Assembly (NCBI GenBank): GCA_012862495.1
Contig: BLSG01000005.1
Location: 34,895-75,684, forward strand
DNA from: Thraustochytrium aureum
Taxonomy: Eukaryota
Length of the DNA: 40,790 bases
Reading direction: 5' to 3'
Part shown: positions 10,005 to 20,645 of the stretch, one piece after another
How the letters are laid out: every line of letters begins with the position of its first letter
Position numbering within the stretch: position 1 is the first letter of the stretch
Translations under genes and position numbers: made by a program
The notes under the pieces: generated by a model
Databases searched by the model: none
Told to the model about the DNA's origin: nothing
What the model saw: only the letters and a program-made list of their open reading frames with translations

Positions 10005-10215
10005 CAACGGAGGTCGCGCTCGATGCGAAGGATAGCCGAAGAAGATCGCGCTCGAGAGCAACCCTGCGACGGCGATCGCGCTCGAGAGTAACCCGGCGAC
10101 GGCGATCTCGCTCGATGCAACGGAGACCGGTCGATGCGACGGAGGTCGTGCTCGAGAGTATCCCAGCGAAGGAGATCGCGCTCGACACGAAGCAAGTTGC
10201 GCTCGAGAGTATACC
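10005..10215. repeat. Degenerate ~30-bp tandem repeat with core GATCGCGCTCGAGAG, directly upstream of POLA1
   Basis: About seven variants of (G/C)GATCGCGCTCGA are visible; the units at 10054-10113 have a clear 30-bp period. Confidence 0.75.
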
Positions 10216-10659
10216 CCTGCGCAGTGGGCCACGGCGCTGCTCTTCCGCGCCCTGCTCTCCCGCGCGCTGCTCTCCCGCGCTCTCGTCGCGTCCGTTCGCG
10301 GTCTGCCAGCTCCTCGCGTTCAAATCGCCCGCTCGGGGTTAGGTTGGGTTAGGTTGAACAGATTTGAAAAAAAATAAACAGTTGCAGCAGAGCTCATGCC
10401 AGAGCAACAGCGATTCTCAAATCTTCGACCACAGCATCGCACGCACGACGACAAGAAAAGAAACGGTTGATTGCGAGGAGCCGCGCGCGGAGCCCAGCCG
10501 GCCTGCGAGCAGAGCGTGGCTCGAGCGCTCGGTTTGGATTGGTAGCTTATGGTACTCACTTAGTCAGTGCGTTCTGTACTTTGTTGTTGTTTCTCCCGAG
10601 CGCACGACGAACAAAGGCCTCCAGGTCGTCGAGGTCGTTCACTCGCATGCTGCGGGCGC

Positions 10660-13300
10660 TCAGAGCTCCCAGCGCGTCTCTCCAGTGCTTACGTTCCACC
10701 AGTACGACTCGCCGTGCTCGGTGAAAGCCTCTGCCCAGTCGGTGGAAGGCTTTTGCACGCTTGGGCCGGGGACAGGCGCGTCGCTCGTGTTTGGGGCAAG
10801 CGATGCACGCTCCCACCGCCCGTTTGTCATGACCCAGCGATTGTTCGAACTCATAGTCCCCTCNNNNNNNNNNNNNNNNNNNNNNNNNNNNNNNNNNNNN
10901 NNNNNNNNNNNNNNNNNNNNNNNNNNNNNNNNNNNNNNNNNNNNNNNNNNNNNNNNNNNNNNNNNNNNNNNNNNNNNNNNNNNNNNNNNNNNNNNNNNNN
11001 NNNNNNNNNNNNNNNNGTCCCACCGCGTTTCTTTCGTGTCGAGATTCCAGTAGTAGACCTTTCCCTCTGGCGACACGGCCTTGCGCCAGCGCCTGGGCAA
11101 GCGGTCCTCCTCGTCGTCTGTGGCTCTCGAGAAAGAGCCTGCCGACTCGCCAGAGGCGGAACCCGCAACCGTGGCCCTACGCACATTGTCCACGTTCCCA
11201 CGGCCCACACCACCACCGTCGATCGCAGCGCTGCCATCCACGTCGGTGCACCCGCGCCCGCCGACACGTCGATCCGCATCAAGGCCTCGATGCGACCCGC
11301 CACCAGCGTGGGCTACGGCCACATCGCTTTCTTTCCATCCCGCTGGCCTCTTCGGGGGCACTGGCGGACCACCGTCTGGAGGGCGGCTCGGCAGCCCGAT
11401 GGCGTGGATTCGAGAGAGGCGCCGCCGCGTTGGGTTGAACGACTCTGGGTTGAGCTGCATCCATCGGTACCGCAGCCAAAGCGGACTTCCTGCGAAGGTG
11501 AGCGCGATAGTCTCAGAGCTGCCCTTTGTCGCCTTGCGCTTCAGGAAAGGCGTTTTCATCTTGGACGCCCAAAGCTGCGTTGTGCGCCGGGTCGAGGCGA
11601 AGGTTTGGCGGGCCTGCGGAGGCCCGCTCGCCGCTTGCGACAAGTCCTTTGGCGAAGTTACGGAAACGGCGCTCGGCCTCCCGCTAAACGAGTTTGGACC
11701 CGTCCCAAAGCCGGCCACTTCCGAGTCGCTTGGCGAGTGCAGCGTCCGACCGGTCGGGCTGCGCGATGCGCCGACGTTCTGCGTCTGGCGGGCGCGCTTA
11801 CGCACACGCTCCTGCTCGATCGCGCGGACGGCGTCCAGAAAATCCTGCGTGAAGGTGGCGAACTCAAAGCGCACCCACGCCTCATCGCGCCGCCCGTTTT
11901 CGATGCCGTCGATGACACGGTTTATGAAGGCAAGGTCGTGCCCGTGGACTTTGAGAAAGGCCCGATCCATCGTTCCTGTCGCGCTCATGGCGACCTTGCC
12001 GCTGGCTGGGTCTGCGGCGACGTCGAACCACTGCTCCTTCGTGGCGAAGATCCCGTTCGTGCTTCCGCACACGTAGCTGGTGTGCTGCGTGACGGGGTCC
12101 ACGTCGGCCAGCGTGACGTACGGGACCAAGTTGGGCACCAGGAGCCCCCCGAGCGGGCCGACCAGCAGGGGCGTTGCGAGGACGACGTTGCCGACCGCCT
12201 CGGCCTTGCTGTCTGGGCTGCACACCAGGACGCGCTTGAGGGAGACGAGGGCAGACCAGATGGTCATCGTCTGGACGCGAAATCGCAGCACGAGCTCGCG
12301 CAGCGAGGCTCCGCCAAACTCGTTGGCCCGCAACGGCGAGAGCGGCTGCATGACAAACATCTTGCCCCAGAGCTGCATCGTGCAGGTGCATGAATTCGAC
12401 AAGAGCCCAGGCCCGTCGCCCGCCTTGCGGACCTTGCAAAGCTTGCCAAAGTATATGCTCCCGCGGCCGCCAAGGCCACCGCTGCGCTCCCCGGAACCGG
12501 CGCCTGGAGCGCCGATCTGGTCCTCAGCTTCGTCTGCGCTCGCGCCGTCGTCGTCCAGGTCAAACTCGTCGTCCTCCGGGCTGCAAGGTTCGCCGTTTTC
12601 TGGACCGACACTGGGATTGCAGCTCGCTTCGGCCTCGTCAAACGTGGCGAAGCCGGTGTTGCTGCAGTTTGGCCCAAGATTCTCGTTTCGGCTTTCTCGG
12701 ACAGAGCTCTCGCCGCCACTACTACCGCTGCTGCTCGTTCGGCGGCGGCGGAGCGAGTCGAGCGATTTGTGGCGGTTGTCTGCAAGTCGCTTGGTGCGTC
12801 GGTAGCTGCGCTCGAGCGCGTCATGGAGCTGGTGAATGACCTCCTTCGACTCGTGCCGGTCCAAGTACTCCTCGATCGCCACCGTCAAGAAGGGGCGGAA
12901 CCGGTCAAAGTACGGCATCGTGGCGATGATGAGCAGGGCCAGCTGGCGCGCCCCTCGCTTTTCGTTCAGGTCTTTGCGGTTTCGGAAATACGCGTAGCCG
13001 TAGAGTGGCGTGTTGTCGCGACCGCTCAACAGGATGAAAATCGAGTCTGACTCGTGCTTGTGGCCGCCGTCCGGGAGGCAGAGCTCCGCGATTGCCTGTG
13101 CGGTATGGCTCTCGATATGGGCCGGATTTTCAGGGTACACATAGCTCAGTGTATTGCCCTTGAGCTCGTCAAACTCTGCCACTGCGTCCGCTCCTCCACC
13201 ACTGTTAGCAAGGCCGACCGTGGCGCTGCGGCGCGCTGCTGTTCCCGGCGCGTCCAGGGCAGAACTTACCGCAGACCGAATGAATGAGTCGTTTTGGCAT
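10660..13300 (-). CDS. AVL9/AFI1-like DENN-family protein with two C-terminal WW domains; exon 1 13270-13300, intron 13182-13269; spans an N gap
   Basis: The spliced N-terminus MPKRLIHSVC|VAEFDELKGNTLSYVYP and LCLPDGGH are uDENN-like; later IWSALVSLKRVLV and PYVTLAD...YVCGSTNGIF are cDENN-like. WW motifs: LPRRWRKAVSPEGKVYYWNLDTKETRWD (~11017-11100) and DWAEAFTEHGESYWWNVSTGETRWE (~10663-10745). Confidence 0.8.
13182..13269 (-). other. Spliceosomal intron (88 nt) in the DENN/WW gene
   Basis: GTAAGT donor, TGCTAAC branch point, GCAG acceptor; splicing joins ATG 13300 in frame to the uDENN motif. Confidence 0.8.
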
Positions 13301-13966
13301 GATTCGAGCGCGGCGCCCAACGACGCAACGTGCCAACGCGTGGCCTCAAGCGGGCCCCACCGCTGCCGATCCGGCAGGCTCGCGCGTGGGCCGAGGCAAG
13401 CTCTCGGTGCTGACTGATCGCGCGCTCGCGTGTCAGGTCACTCGGCCGCTATTTTCCCCGTTGCCAGCGCTTGCTGCAGATCAACTACTTTGCCGCTACT
13501 GCGTTTGGGACTCTTGCGTCCTTCGAGCAGTCTGCTCGGCGCTACGTTTGCAGCGAAGGGGCCCGCTTGCCTTGCGCACAGCGTTTCAAACTCACACGGG
13601 GCGCGGCACGACTCTCCGACGCTTGCCGGCTCGGACTGGGTCTGTGCGAGCGCCCCTTTCGCACTCGACAGGAGCGCTCTCCTGCGCGTTTTTGGCCTCG
13701 CTACAAGCTTTGGGACTCGCTCCGCCACTCTGGCAAGCCCTTCTCAGCCAAGCAAGCAAGCAAGCAAGCAAGCGAGAAAGATGGCTGCGCGGGCGGACGG
13801 CGTGGTCTGGCAACCTTGCACAGACCGACGCGGCGCTTGTTTGAGCGAAGCCCGTGGCGCTGTTCTGCCCCCCGCGGCGGCTCCCGAGCAGTTCAGAATC
13901 GAGTTTGTCTTTCAAGGCAGGCCCTCGTAGAGCTTTGGAAACAGGCGGCTCTACTCCTCGATCTTC

Positions 13967-14041
13967 CAGAGCAGAGCAGAGCAGAGCAGAGCAGACCGGC
14001 CCAGACCAGAGCAGAGCAGACCGGCCCAGACCAGAGCAGAG
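13967..14041. repeat. Compound (CAGAG)n microsatellite with two AGACCGGCCCAGACC units
   Basis: Read directly from the sequence. Confidence 0.85.
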
Positions 14042-16046
14042 TATCGCCATTCCTTCCAAGAGCGGGTGGGTGCTTGTTTGAGGCGTGTGAGGCCGCCCTA
14101 TTTTAGGCCAGCCGCGACTGCATCCATGGCATCCGAGCGCCACAACCATCAAGTGGGATTATTTGCAAAAGAAATGCAACATGCTGCGGGCTGGCTGCCT
14201 AGAGTGCTGAGCGGGGCGCGTACCACATTCGACAGGCGTTTCGTCGAACAAACCACCACCACCACACCACCACTGGTGGGCAGGCGGGCAGACGGGCAGG
14301 CGGTGGATGAGCATTCCCACTCGTCCTGAGGAATCAAGCAAGCAAAGCGATAGCACAGTGTGCGCCGGTTGATGAGCGAGTGGATCGGCCGATGCGCCCA
14401 TGCCGTTCGAATGCCGTTCAAATGTTGTTCGAGGCGCCTGGAGGCAGACAAACCCATGACCGGATAGACATCCCAGTGGCCAAGGCGCGCCTCCATCACA
14501 GAAATCCTTGCGTTTGGGAGCTTCCCAAATACACAAATACCGAGTCTTGTTTGTTATTGAGATGTGAGGCTTTGACTACCTGGCGGTGGCAAAACCAGAA
14601 AACGGTGGGACGCAGAACGGCTGTGACGACACTCGATTGGCGTCAACAAGAACCAACCGCAGTGCGAGATTGGCTGCGAGTGGCCCAAGGCAACAGGTCT
14701 CGGGGCGTTGCCCAGTTCACGTCAATGCCTCTGATGAATCGAGTCGTCGCGTAGATCTCGATCGATTTCTGTTCTTTCGAAAGAACTTTTTTTGGCGTGT
14801 TACAGACAAAGCAATTCAGGCGCGAGTCGGGCCCGCGCGGTGCAGTGCAAAAAAGAGCACGCAAATCGCTAGATGGGGGCCAAGTAGGTACATGCAGCGA
14901 GCGCGGCGGGCAGCGGGCGCGGCGGGCAGCGGGCGCGGCGGGCTGGCCGCCAGGCCTCCAGCGGCGACNNNNNNNNNNNNNNNNNNNNNNNNNNNNNNNN
15001 NNNNNNNNNNNNNNNNNNNNNNNNNNNNNNNNNNNNNNNNNNNNNNNNNNNNNNNNNNNNNNNNNNNNNNNNNNNNNNNNNNNNNNNNNNNNNNNNNNNN
15101 NNNNNNNNNNNNNNNNNNNNNNNNNNNNNNNNNNNNNNNNNNNNNNNNNNNNNNNNNNNNNNNNNNNNNNNNNNNNNNNNNNNNNNNNNNNNNNNNNNNN
15201 NNNNNNNNNNNNNNNNNNNNNNNNNNNNNNNNNNNNNNNNNNNNNNNNNNNNNNNNNNNNNNNNNNNNNNNNNNNNNNNNNNNNNNNNNNNNNNNNNNNN
15301 NNNNNNNNNNNNNNNNNNNNNNNNNNNNNNNNNNNNNNNNNNNNGGCCCTGGCTTGCGCTTTAGCCAGCGCTAGCTCGGCCTTCTCGCCGCTGGCCTTGA
15401 ACTTTTTGCCCATTCTGGCGGACTCGTCAGCGCCGTGGGCAAGGCCCGCTCGAGGGTGTTCTGCGCTCGCGGGCACATGCTGGACGCCGGCTGCTGGTGC
15501 CACCCAAATACCGGCGCAGAGGACTCGCCGAGGCAAGAGGTAGTTGCAAAAGTCAGCAGGTACTTCCTCGAGTACACGAGAATTTCGGGGACGAACAGCT
15601 CGTGAGGCCGCTGAAGACGGAGGAGCAAAGAACAATACGTTTAAAGGTGTTCTTGCGAAACGCTGGGTTTTAGCTGTTGATTCTGCACCGTGTCCTTCAC
15701 GACGGCGCAGGGGATACTATCCAGAGGGTAATTCGAGGGCGCGGAGGTCTGTGGCGGGAGCGAGCGAGCGAGTGGCGCCGGGGAGGTGAGGTGACTCTCG
15801 AGTGGCGGCTCGCCCTCTTTTTCGCTCTCGACAGGACAGACGCGCGGTCGGCGGAGCAGAGCTGCATCAGGACGCAGCGGAGCAGCGCGGCAGGCCGTCG
15901 AATTGGCGCGCGGGGGCAGGGGCAGATCGAGGTGGCTCTCGGGGCAGCAGGTGGCGGCCGCTCGGCTGTGCGTCGCGGCGGGACTCTTTGGGCTGGGCTG
16001 TGCTGGGTCTGGACGACCTCGCTTGGAAGCGGTAGACGGCGCTGCG

Positions 16047-17582
16047 ATGGCGCAGACTGAGGAGGCCAACTTTGGCGGCGATGGGTTCAGCGCCAAGGAG
16101 CTGCTGTGCGACCTCGGGCGGGGCACCACGTTCACGTACGACGACCTGATCATCCTGCCCGGGCACATCGGGTTCGGCGTGGACGACGTCTCGCTCGAGT
16201 CCAAGCTGACGAAGAAGATCTCGCTGCGGCTCCCATTCATCAGCTCGCCGATGGACACGGTGACCGAGAGCGAGATGGCGATCAACATGGCCCTGCAAGG
16301 CGGCATCGGCATCGTGCACTACAACAACACGGTCGAGGAGCAGGCCGCCCTCGTGCGGTCCGTCAAGCGGTACAAGAACGGCTTTATCACCGACCCGCTG
16401 GTGCTGTCGCCCAACCACACGATCGCCGACGTGGACCGCATCAAGGCGGAGAACGGGTTTTCGGGGATCCCCATCACGGTGGACGGCAAGATGGGCTCGC
16501 GCCTGGTCGGCTTTGTGAGCAACCGCGACGTCGACTTTCTCGAGGACCGCTCGCAGAAGCTGAGCGAGGTGATGACCACCGACCTAGTGGTGGGCCAGGA
16601 GTGGTGCACCCTGTCGGAGGCCAACCTGATCCTCCGCCAGAGCAAGAAGGGCAAGCTGCCGATCGTCAACGACAACTACGAGCTCATCAGCCTTTGCAGC
16701 CGCAACGACCTCAAGAAGAACCGCGACTTTCCGCTCGCGAGCAAGGAGCCCACCAACAAGCAGCTCCGCTGCGGTGCCGCTATCTCGACGCGCCCGCAAG
16801 ACCGCGAGCGGCTCAAGGCGCTCGTCCAGCAGGGCGTGGACGCGATCGTGATCGACTCGTCGCAGGGCGACTCGATCTACCAGCTCGAGTTTGTCAACGA
16901 GATCAAGCGCGAGTACGGCGACGATATCCAGGTCATCGGCGGAAACGTGGTCACCAGCTCGCAGTGCCTCCACCTCATCAAGGCCGGCGTGGACGGGCTC
17001 CGCATCGGTATGGGCTCGGGGTCGATCTGCACCACCCAGGAGGTGACCAGCTGCGGCCGCGGCCAGGCCTCGGCCGTTTTCAGCACAGCGCGCTGCGCTG
17101 CGGTGCACGGCGTGCCGGTGATCGCTGACGGCGGCATCTCCTCGTCCGGGCATGTCACCAAGGCGCTCTCGCTCGGCGCCTCGACCGTGATGATGGGCTC
17201 GATGCTTGCCGGCTGCGAGGAGTCGCCGGGCTCGTACTATTACGCCGACGGGATCCGCCTCAAAAAGTACCGCGGCATGGGCTCGATGGAGGCCATGGAG
17301 AAGGGCTCCAGCAAGCGCTACTTTGCGGACTCGAACAAGACGACCGTCAAGGTCGCACAGGGCGTCTCGGGCGCCGTCGTCGACAAGGGTTCCGTTTCGC
17401 GCTTCTTGCCCTACATCGCCCAGGGCGTGCGCCACGGCCTCCAGGACCTCGGGGTCAAGAGCATCGCCGAGCTGCACGAGGGGCTCAACTCGGGCTCGGT
17501 GCGCTTTGAGCTTCGCACGCACGCTGCGCAGCGCGAGGGCTCTGTGCACAGCCTCTACACGTACGAGAAACGCCTTTTTTGA
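16047..17582 (+). CDS. IMPDH: Inosine-5'-monophosphate dehydrogenase with CBS pair
   Basis: [23 protein letters not shown] region, VIDSSQG, catalytic [34 protein letters not shown]-terminal YEKRLF; start ATG at 16047. Confidence 0.97.
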   Translation: MAQTEEANFGGDGFSAKELLCDLGRGTTFTYDDLIILPGHIGFGVDDVSLESKLTKKISLRLPFISSPMDTVTESEMAINMALQGGIGIVHYNNTVEEQAALVRSVKRYKNGFITDPLVLSPNHTIADVDRIKAENGFSGIPITVDGKMGSRLVGFVSNRDVDFLEDRSQKLSEVMTTDLVVGQEWCTLSEANLILRQSKKGKLPIVNDNYELISLCSRNDLKKNRDFPLASKEPTNKQLRCGAAISTRPQDRERLKALVQQGVDAIVIDSSQGDSIYQLEFVNEIKREYGDDIQVIGGNVVTSSQCLHLIKAGVDGLRIGMGSGSICTTQEVTSCGRGQASAVFSTARCAAVHGVPVIADGGISSSGHVTKALSLGASTVMMGSMLAGCEESPGSYYYADGIRLKKYRGMGSMEAMEKGSSKRYFADSNKTTVKVAQGVSGAVVDKGSVSRFLPYIAQGVRHGLQDLGVKSIAELHEGLNSGSVRFELRTHAAQREGSVHSLYTYEKRLF

Positions 17583-18051
17583 TCTCGCTGGCTCGCGCTG
17601 ACCCTCTGGAGCAACGTAGCGAGCTTGTTCGCGAGATTGGGGTGGCTCTTGCCCCCGAGGATTGCAATGGAATTGCGGCAGCCTTGCACGCACAGTGCCG
17701 TCGCGTGTCAAGTAGCGCGCCGGCGCTGCGGTGCTCGCTCGAAACGGACATAGGCTTCTTTAGCTAACGAAAGAAATAGCGCAAAACGCAAGGGTGTCCC
17801 TCCCCGTCCAGCCACCGCCTTCGCTGGGCTGTTGTGCTTGGAACCCGCAGATCGACACATAGGCAATACGCTTTACTGCAGCTCAACTCTATCTATCCAG
17901 AGCTAGCTCTAGCTAGAGCTAGAGAAGAGAGTTGGGTGGTGTTTTCGGTTAGTCAAAAGTGTCACCGCCTCCCCCAACACGCTCACACACACAACACACT
18001 CCGCTCCGGCCGAGCGCAGGAACCAACAGCAGCGACGTCGGGCTCGGCAAT

Positions 18052-19140
18052 TCAAAAGGCCTTGACCATGGCGTCCTTCACGTTGAAGACGGCGCAGAAA
18101 ATCGCCGCATTGACCGGGACCGCGCGTGTCAGCGACGGCACGTAACCCTTGTAAAAGGCCTTGACGCCGCCTTCTGCCCAGGTCTTGCTAAAGCAGTCGC
18201 CGACACTGCTGTAAAGGCGCTTCTCCCGCAGGATATGGTCGCCCTGCACCGCGTTTTGACCACCTCGAGCGGGTACAGCAGACCCCAAAAGCAAAACCCG
18301 GCGCACGCACCGCCTGAGAGGCCACCGATGAAGACCTGCTTGGGGGTTGCCGGTTTCGCCCCGGGCTTGCAAACGAGGCGGTACCCGAACTCGGACCCAA
18401 AGAAATAGAGCCCAAAGCAGGGAATGTTGCGCAGGGTCGTGGCGGCGACGCCCTGGTACAGGCCGCGGCACGCCATAGGCGGCGCTTGATCTTTCTGGCA
18501 GCGTCAAACACGCCAGAGTACTCGCCCTTGCCAACCTGTGCCTGCAACTTGATCTTGAGCAGGTCCACCGGCGTTTCGACAATCGTGATCGGGACGGCCG
18601 CGAGCGCGCCGGCCAGAAAGAACTTGTGCAGGTCTGCGCCGACCTCAGAGGCGCCGGTCAGCTTCTTGGCTTGGCCGTACGAGAAGAACACGCCCGCGTT
18701 GTGGGCCATCGCACCGAGGAGGGGCGAGGCGGCACCCTTGTAGAGCCCGGAAACGCCCTCGTGCGAGAAGGTCTTTTTGGCGCAGTCCACCATGCCGTTG
18801 AAAGGCATCTTGCCATCTGGCCCGGCCACCTGGGTTTGCAGACCTGTGCCGCAGGGAGAGACGGTCGGTTAGCTCTGGCTCGCGCTTGCGCCAAGCAAGT
18901 GGCAGCGCCTCTCCTCCCGTGCGCAAAACTTACGGGTCTTGATCGTGTCCAGCGGATGACCAGCCACCTACGCACGCACGCGCCGCCCAAACACCACCGT
19001 TAGTGGCACTCCCGGCCCCCTCGCATCCACCAACCGGCAACTCACCACCTGCGCAATCCCCCCGCCGTCCCAGACGCGATATCAATGATCGTGCTCTTCA
19101 CGCCGCCGCCGCCGCCGCCGCCGCCGCCATCGCCGCCCAT
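18052..19140 (-). CDS. SLC25 mitochondrial carrier (carnitine/acylcarnitine- or ornithine-carrier-like); introns 18968-19045 and 18844-18933; several 1-nt indels in this assembly
   Basis: Three carrier signatures (HPLDTIKTRLQ, TPVDLLKIKLQ, YPLEVVKTR.Q) plus GLYKG, GLYQG, AFYKG and RAVPVNAA. Both introns have GT-AG ends and CTAAC branch points. Frame breaks near 19060, 18486, 18467 and 18249. Confidence 0.85.
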
Positions 19141-19252
19141 CTCGCCGACTCGCGCGTCACGACCGCGAGGTCCTGGCGCTCGAAATGGCCGCAACCGGCG
19201 CACAACGGGGCCGCAAACGACGCAAGCGAGGCCGCAAGCGACAGACAACAGA

Positions 19253-19327
19253 TGCTGCTGCTGCTGCTGCTGCTCTTGCTGCTGCTGCTCTTGCTGCTCT
19301 TGCTGCTCTTGCTGCTCTTGCTGCTGC
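19253..19327. repeat. (CTG)n / (CTGCTCTTG)n microsatellite upstream of the carrier gene
   Basis: Read directly; it explains the poly-Leu, poly-Cys and poly-Gln shadow ORFs. Confidence 0.9.
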
Positions 19328-20645
19328 CGCGTCGCTCGATGCCGGTGCGCGTTGGGTGTCTGTCGCGTTGGCCGCCAGCACCTCAAAGGCCTGCCGACTC
19401 TGTCGTGCATTCGGGGTTTGTTTTGGATGGTTTATTTTATGGTGTCGGGGATTATGGTTTGGTGACGGTAGACGCGGGAAAGGTGCCAGAGCCGGGTTTT
19501 GCGCGTCGTCGGCGGCTCTGGCCTCGTGGATGGAGAGTCGTCGTCGTGGCGGCGCCGCTGACGCGCTGCGTGTGGCTGGGCGGCAAACTTCAGGGTTGCG
19601 GAGTGCCGCTGGCCGTGCTTTCGCGTCGATTTTTCGGTGCATGACCGTGCATCTGTGCGATTGCTCCAGTGGGTAGCCCACCTACCAGTACTCCGAGGGT
19701 ATGGCGTGAGGACTTGCAGGCAGGAGGCACCGCTTCTGCGCTTCTGGGCGCACGCGCTGGGCAGCCACGACGCAACCAGCCAAGAGTAGGTACCTCTAGA
19801 GCTCCTGGGACCCAGGCTTGTTCGTCTCCGGGCCGTGTTCGTCTCCGAGCCGTCGCAGGTCATCCTTGGACCGCTGTGGGAGAAGGCGCTAAACGATTGC
19901 CGTTGCGTTGCCCAGTGCACCAGATGGGGTCGATGCGTGCCTTGGGATGTTGGGGCTGCCGGTGGCTTCGGCTTGGTAGCCGCCATGCGCTGTTCCATTG
20001 CATTTGGCACGAGAATGAGCGGTGTCACGTGATCGCGTTCGTTAGTCGTCAAGCAGGGCGAAACCCACCAACTAGCGCGCCGCACGCCACAGCATCCAAC
20101 CGCAAGCGCCATCTCCGTCGGCCGCAAGCATTGCGGCGGCGGCTTAGAGCGCCGGCAGCGTCGCCAGCGCCTGGGATGCATTCTGCTCTGCTCAACCTGC
20201 GCACAGGAGACTGGTTGCAAGTTGTTTCCGTTGTGAGTTGCGAAGGCAGAACAGGAGCCCAAAAACGCGCCCGCACGCAGCGACCACGGCCAAGCGCGAG
20301 TGAGGGCGCGCGAGTGAGGGCGCGCGAGTAGCGAGCGAAGGACGGCGGCCCGCCAAAGGAAGCTAGCAGCGCGCTGCGTCCCGGGGGCGCGGACGCGGCG
20401 CTTCCGGGCCGCTCGACGTTGCGCGAGCCCAGCTCGGCCGTCCACTTCCACCCCCCCCTTCCACGCCTCTCGCCTCTACCCACTCGGCGCGCTCGCCTGC
20501 CGAGCTCGAGACTGCCGCTGGCGCACGGTGGCCCTCGCGGCCGAGACGCTGAGGGCGGCGAGCAAGCAAGCGGCGCAGCGGTCGGGTTGCTCGCGGGGCA
20601 GTGTCCCAGCTGAACCAGACTTGCAGGAAGGACGGCGGCGCCAAG

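Noticed and set aside
13330..14968. Assorted ORFs of 75-260 aa in the intergenic region
   Set aside because: Microsatellite-rich, no motifs and no consistent coding bias.
19003..19681. ORFs with poly-Leu, poly-Cys, poly-Gln or poly-Ala tracts
   Set aside because: Produced by the CTG and GCC microsatellites; the region is explained by carrier exon 1 and its upstream sequence.
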